A stretch of DNA of 64,000 nt, taken from contig CATNEN010000008.1 in NCBI GenBank assembly GCA_950097015.1, positions 4,587,650 through 4,651,649 of the forward strand. Direction: 5' to 3'. A model generated the notes under the pieces. The model saw nothing but the letters and a program-made list of their open reading frames with translations, was not told the origin of the DNA and did not search any database. The position numbers and the translations under genes are program-made. Positions 60,913 to 64,000 of this stretch are shown one piece after another (position 1 is the stretch's first letter; every line of letters starts with the position of its first letter). This DNA is from Macrostomum hystrix. Its lineage: Eukaryota; Animalia; Platyhelminthes.

Positions 60913-62410
60913 ATCCGATGGTTAATCCGAGGTTAATCCGAGAGGTTAATCCGAGAGGTTAATCCGAGAGGTTAATCCGAGAGGTTAATCCGAGAGGTTC
61001 CTCCGAGAGGTTAATCCGAGAGGTTAATCCGAGAGGTTAATCCGAGAGGTTCATCCGAGAGGTTAATCCGAGAGGTTAATCCCAGAGGTTCATCCGAGAG
61101 GTTAATCCGAGAGGTTAATCCGAGATGTTAATCCGAGAGGTTAATCCCAGAGGTTAATCCCAGAGGTTAATCCGAGAGGTTAATCCGAGAGGTTAATCCG
61201 AGAGGTTAATCCGAGAGGTTAATCCCAGAGGTTAATCCGAGAGGTTAATCCGAGAGGTTAATCCGAGAGGTTAATCCGAGAGGTTAATCCGAGAGGTTAA
61301 TCCGAGAGGTTAATCCGAGAGGTTAATCCGAGAGGTTAATCCGAGAGGTTAATCCAGAGGTTAATCCGAGAGGTTAATCCGAGAGGTTAATCCGAGAGGT
61401 TAATCCGAGAGGTTAATCCGAGAGGTTAATCCGAGAGGTTAATCCGAGAGGTTAATCCGAGAGGTTAATCCGAGAGGTTAATCCGAGAGGTTAATCCGAG
61501 AGGTTAATCCGAGAGGTTAATCCGAGAGGTTAATCCGAGAGGTTAATCCGAGAGGTTAATCCAGAGGTTAATCCGAAGAGGTTAATCCCAGAGGTTAATC
61601 CGAGAGGTTAATCGAGAGGTTAATCCGAGAGGTTAATCCGAGAGGTTAATCCGAGAGGTTAATCCCAGAGGTTAATCCCAGAGGTTAATTCCGAGAGGTT
61701 AATCCGAGAGGTTAATCCGAGAGGTTAATCCGAGAGGTTAATCGAGAGGTTAATCCGAGAGGTTAATCCCAGAGGTTAATCCGAGAGGTTTAATCCGAGA
61801 GGTTAATCCGAGAGGTTAATCCGAGAGGTTCATCCGAGAGGTTAAATCCGAGAGGTTAATCGAGAGGTTAATCCCAGAGGTTAATCCGAGAGGTTCATCC
61901 GAGAGGTTATAATCCGAGAGGTAATCCCAGAGGTTAATCCGAGAGGTTAATCCCAGAGGTAATCCGAGAGGTTAATCCGAGAGGTTCATCCGAGGAGGTT
62001 AATCCGAGAGGTTAATCCGAGAGGTTAATCCGAGAGGTTCATCCGAGAGGTTAATCCGAGAGGGTTAATCCGAGAGGTTAATCCGAGAGGTTCATCCGAT
62101 GAGGTTAATCCGAGAGGTTAATCCCAGAGGTTCATCCGAGAGGTTAATCCGAGAGGTTTAATCCGAGAGGTTAATCCGAGAGGTTAATCCAGAGGTTAAT
62201 CCAGAGGTTAATCCGAGAGGTTTAATCCGAGAGGTTAATCCGAGAGGTTAATCCGAGAGGTTAATCCCAGAGGTTAATCCGAGAGGTTAATCCGAGAGGT
62301 GTAATCCGAGAGGTTAATCCCAGAGGTTAATCCGAGAGGTTAATCCGAGAGGTTAATCCGAGAGGTTAATCCGAGAGGTTAATCCGAGAGGTTAATCCGA
62401 GAGGTTAATC
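60913..62410. repeat. 13-bp satellite (GAGGTTAATCCGA)n, ~115 copies, with many single-base indels
   Basis: Tandem periodicity. Confidence 0.97.
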
Positions 62411-62769
62411 TTTGAATGTCTCGACGATGCTGACGTCGGACGGCTTTGTAGTTTAGTTAATCATAATTGTGTCGCGCCAATTTTGATCTATAAGGTTGAC
62501 TTTCACGAAAATCAGTCCATCGGTTTGGGAGCTGTCGCGAAGTAGGCATGTGGGTGGGCAGTTAAAGGACAAAGATTTCCTTTTCAGAGTGAATTTGATA
62601 GCTAGGTAATTTGAATAATAGGCTAGTTAATTTGAGACGAGAATATCATTCGGCAGCAAAAAAGTGCACTTGAGAAAAGGACGTGACGGATTCAAATTGG
62701 CCGCAGTCGAATAAACTTTCTTCTTTAGAACGCGCTCGTTTCAGTCCAATTTTTATTGATTGATTTGCT

Positions 62770-63046
62770 CCCGGGACTGGGGAATCCCGGGACTGGGGAA
62801 TCCCGGGACTGGGGAATCCCGGGACTGGGGAATCCCGGGACTGGGGAATCCCGGGACTGGGGAATCCCGGGACTGGGGAATCCCGGGACTGGGGAATCCC
62901 GGGACTGGGGAATCCCGGGACTGGGGAATCCCGGACTGGGGAATCCCGGGACTGGGGAATCCCGGGACTGGGGAATCCCGGGACTGGGGAATCCCGGGAC
63001 TGGGGAATCCCGGGACTGGGGAATCCCGGGACTGGGGAATCCCGGG
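62770..63046. repeat. 16-bp tandem repeat (CCCGGGACTGGGGAAT)n, ~17 copies
   Basis: Tandem periodicity; source of ORFs 62753, 62756 and 62760. Confidence 0.96.
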
Positions 63047-64000
63047 CGGAGCGGGTTGCGATTCTGCCGATTGGATTAGCAGCAATGAGTGTGCGTCACC
63101 TCCTGGCACTTAATGCGAAGGAGAAAAACGATAAGTGAGCGCCAACTAAGGCTGGGGCGTTTCAGCTCGAAGCACCGATACTAGTATCTGGCCAGTCAGG
63201 TCAGGGCAGGAGTGTGACCCTAGTCCTCGCGAATCATTTAACATAAAACTCTATCTTCACCAATGTCCGATTCTAAAGTCTTGTACTAGGACTTGCTGTT
63301 CAGTCCATGGACTGTGGGTGCAGCAAATTCACAAAAATCTATTCCCTTGGGCTCAGATTCGAACTTCAGACCTCTTAATTAACCCGCATGAGTGCAAGGA
63401 TTCAATTGAAAATATTATTTACATCTATTTCGCTAGAAGGTCGAAGCGAAAAAAAGGTCCAATCAAGAAGTTAGTAAAAGTTACCCACTCTACTATAAGT
63501 AGGCTAGTTGCAACATCAAGCGCGAAAGTCAAAGCGAAAACGCGAGATAAAATCAGAAAGAAAATTAACAAAAAGGGGAGCGGATAGAACGTACTAGAAT
63601 CGATTTGCTGGTCTCCGACCTCGCAGATTAATTAGTGGCAGCAAGGAAAGAGAAAGTAGGAAGAGAGAGAGCCGTTCCCACACCAGCCAATGAGATCCGA
63701 AATCACATTGGCAAAGGCGGCCACTCCCAAAGCCAGATTCTACGAAGGTTCTGTAATGCGAGAAGTGGAGCTCGGAACAGACCGAGTTTGATCTCCGGAG
63801 TTTAGGCAGACAGCCAGACAGCAGGTTACGCTACAAGCTGTTAGCATAGCCTGAATTAATTCATTGCAGACTACAGCATCGCGAACTGTCAGTCTGGCTT
63901 TGCCGAGCCAGTCAATCTGAGCCTTCAGTCGAGGCCATCCGGTCGGCTTTCTCGTTCCCGCACGCTGGATAGCTACGGATTTGAGCTGCAACAGCAGACG

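Noticed and set aside
62753-63113. Collagen-like GIPGLGNPG ORFs
   Set aside because: Translations of the 16-bp repeat; the Gly-X-Y register is not maintained.

Overview
Eukaryotic (animal) genomic DNA with spliceosomal introns and a very high load of short-period tandem repeats. GC-rich exons sitting between intronic minisatellites resemble free-living flatworm genomes such as Macrostomum, but that assignment is inference only. Genes reconstructed by hand with phase-consistent GT-AG junctions: a partial RhoGAP gene (-), a 10-exon secreted and probably GPI-anchored Ig-superfamily gene built from a duplicated 4-exon cassette (+), MANF/ARMET (-), an intronless CXXC zinc-finger ORF (-), an arginine-kinase-like phosphagen kinase with an atypical NEGDH motif (+), a short-prodomain caspase (-) and a frameshifted ankyrin-repeat gene (-). 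An internally deleted I-group LINE (APE, RT, RNase H, CCHC, AATAAA(GAA)n tail) lies between two (GCA)n tracts. The most striking observation is that this LINE encodes the exact ubiquitin C-terminal decapeptide LHLVLRLRGG directly in front of its endonuclease, where related LINEs can carry a 2A peptide. This suggests a retrotransposon processed by host deubiquitinases. A 7.8-kb composite satellite with a 2.6-kb higher-order repeat has a 59-bp monomer that translates to an ankyrin-like motif. Most long ORFs in the supplied track are satellite artefacts.
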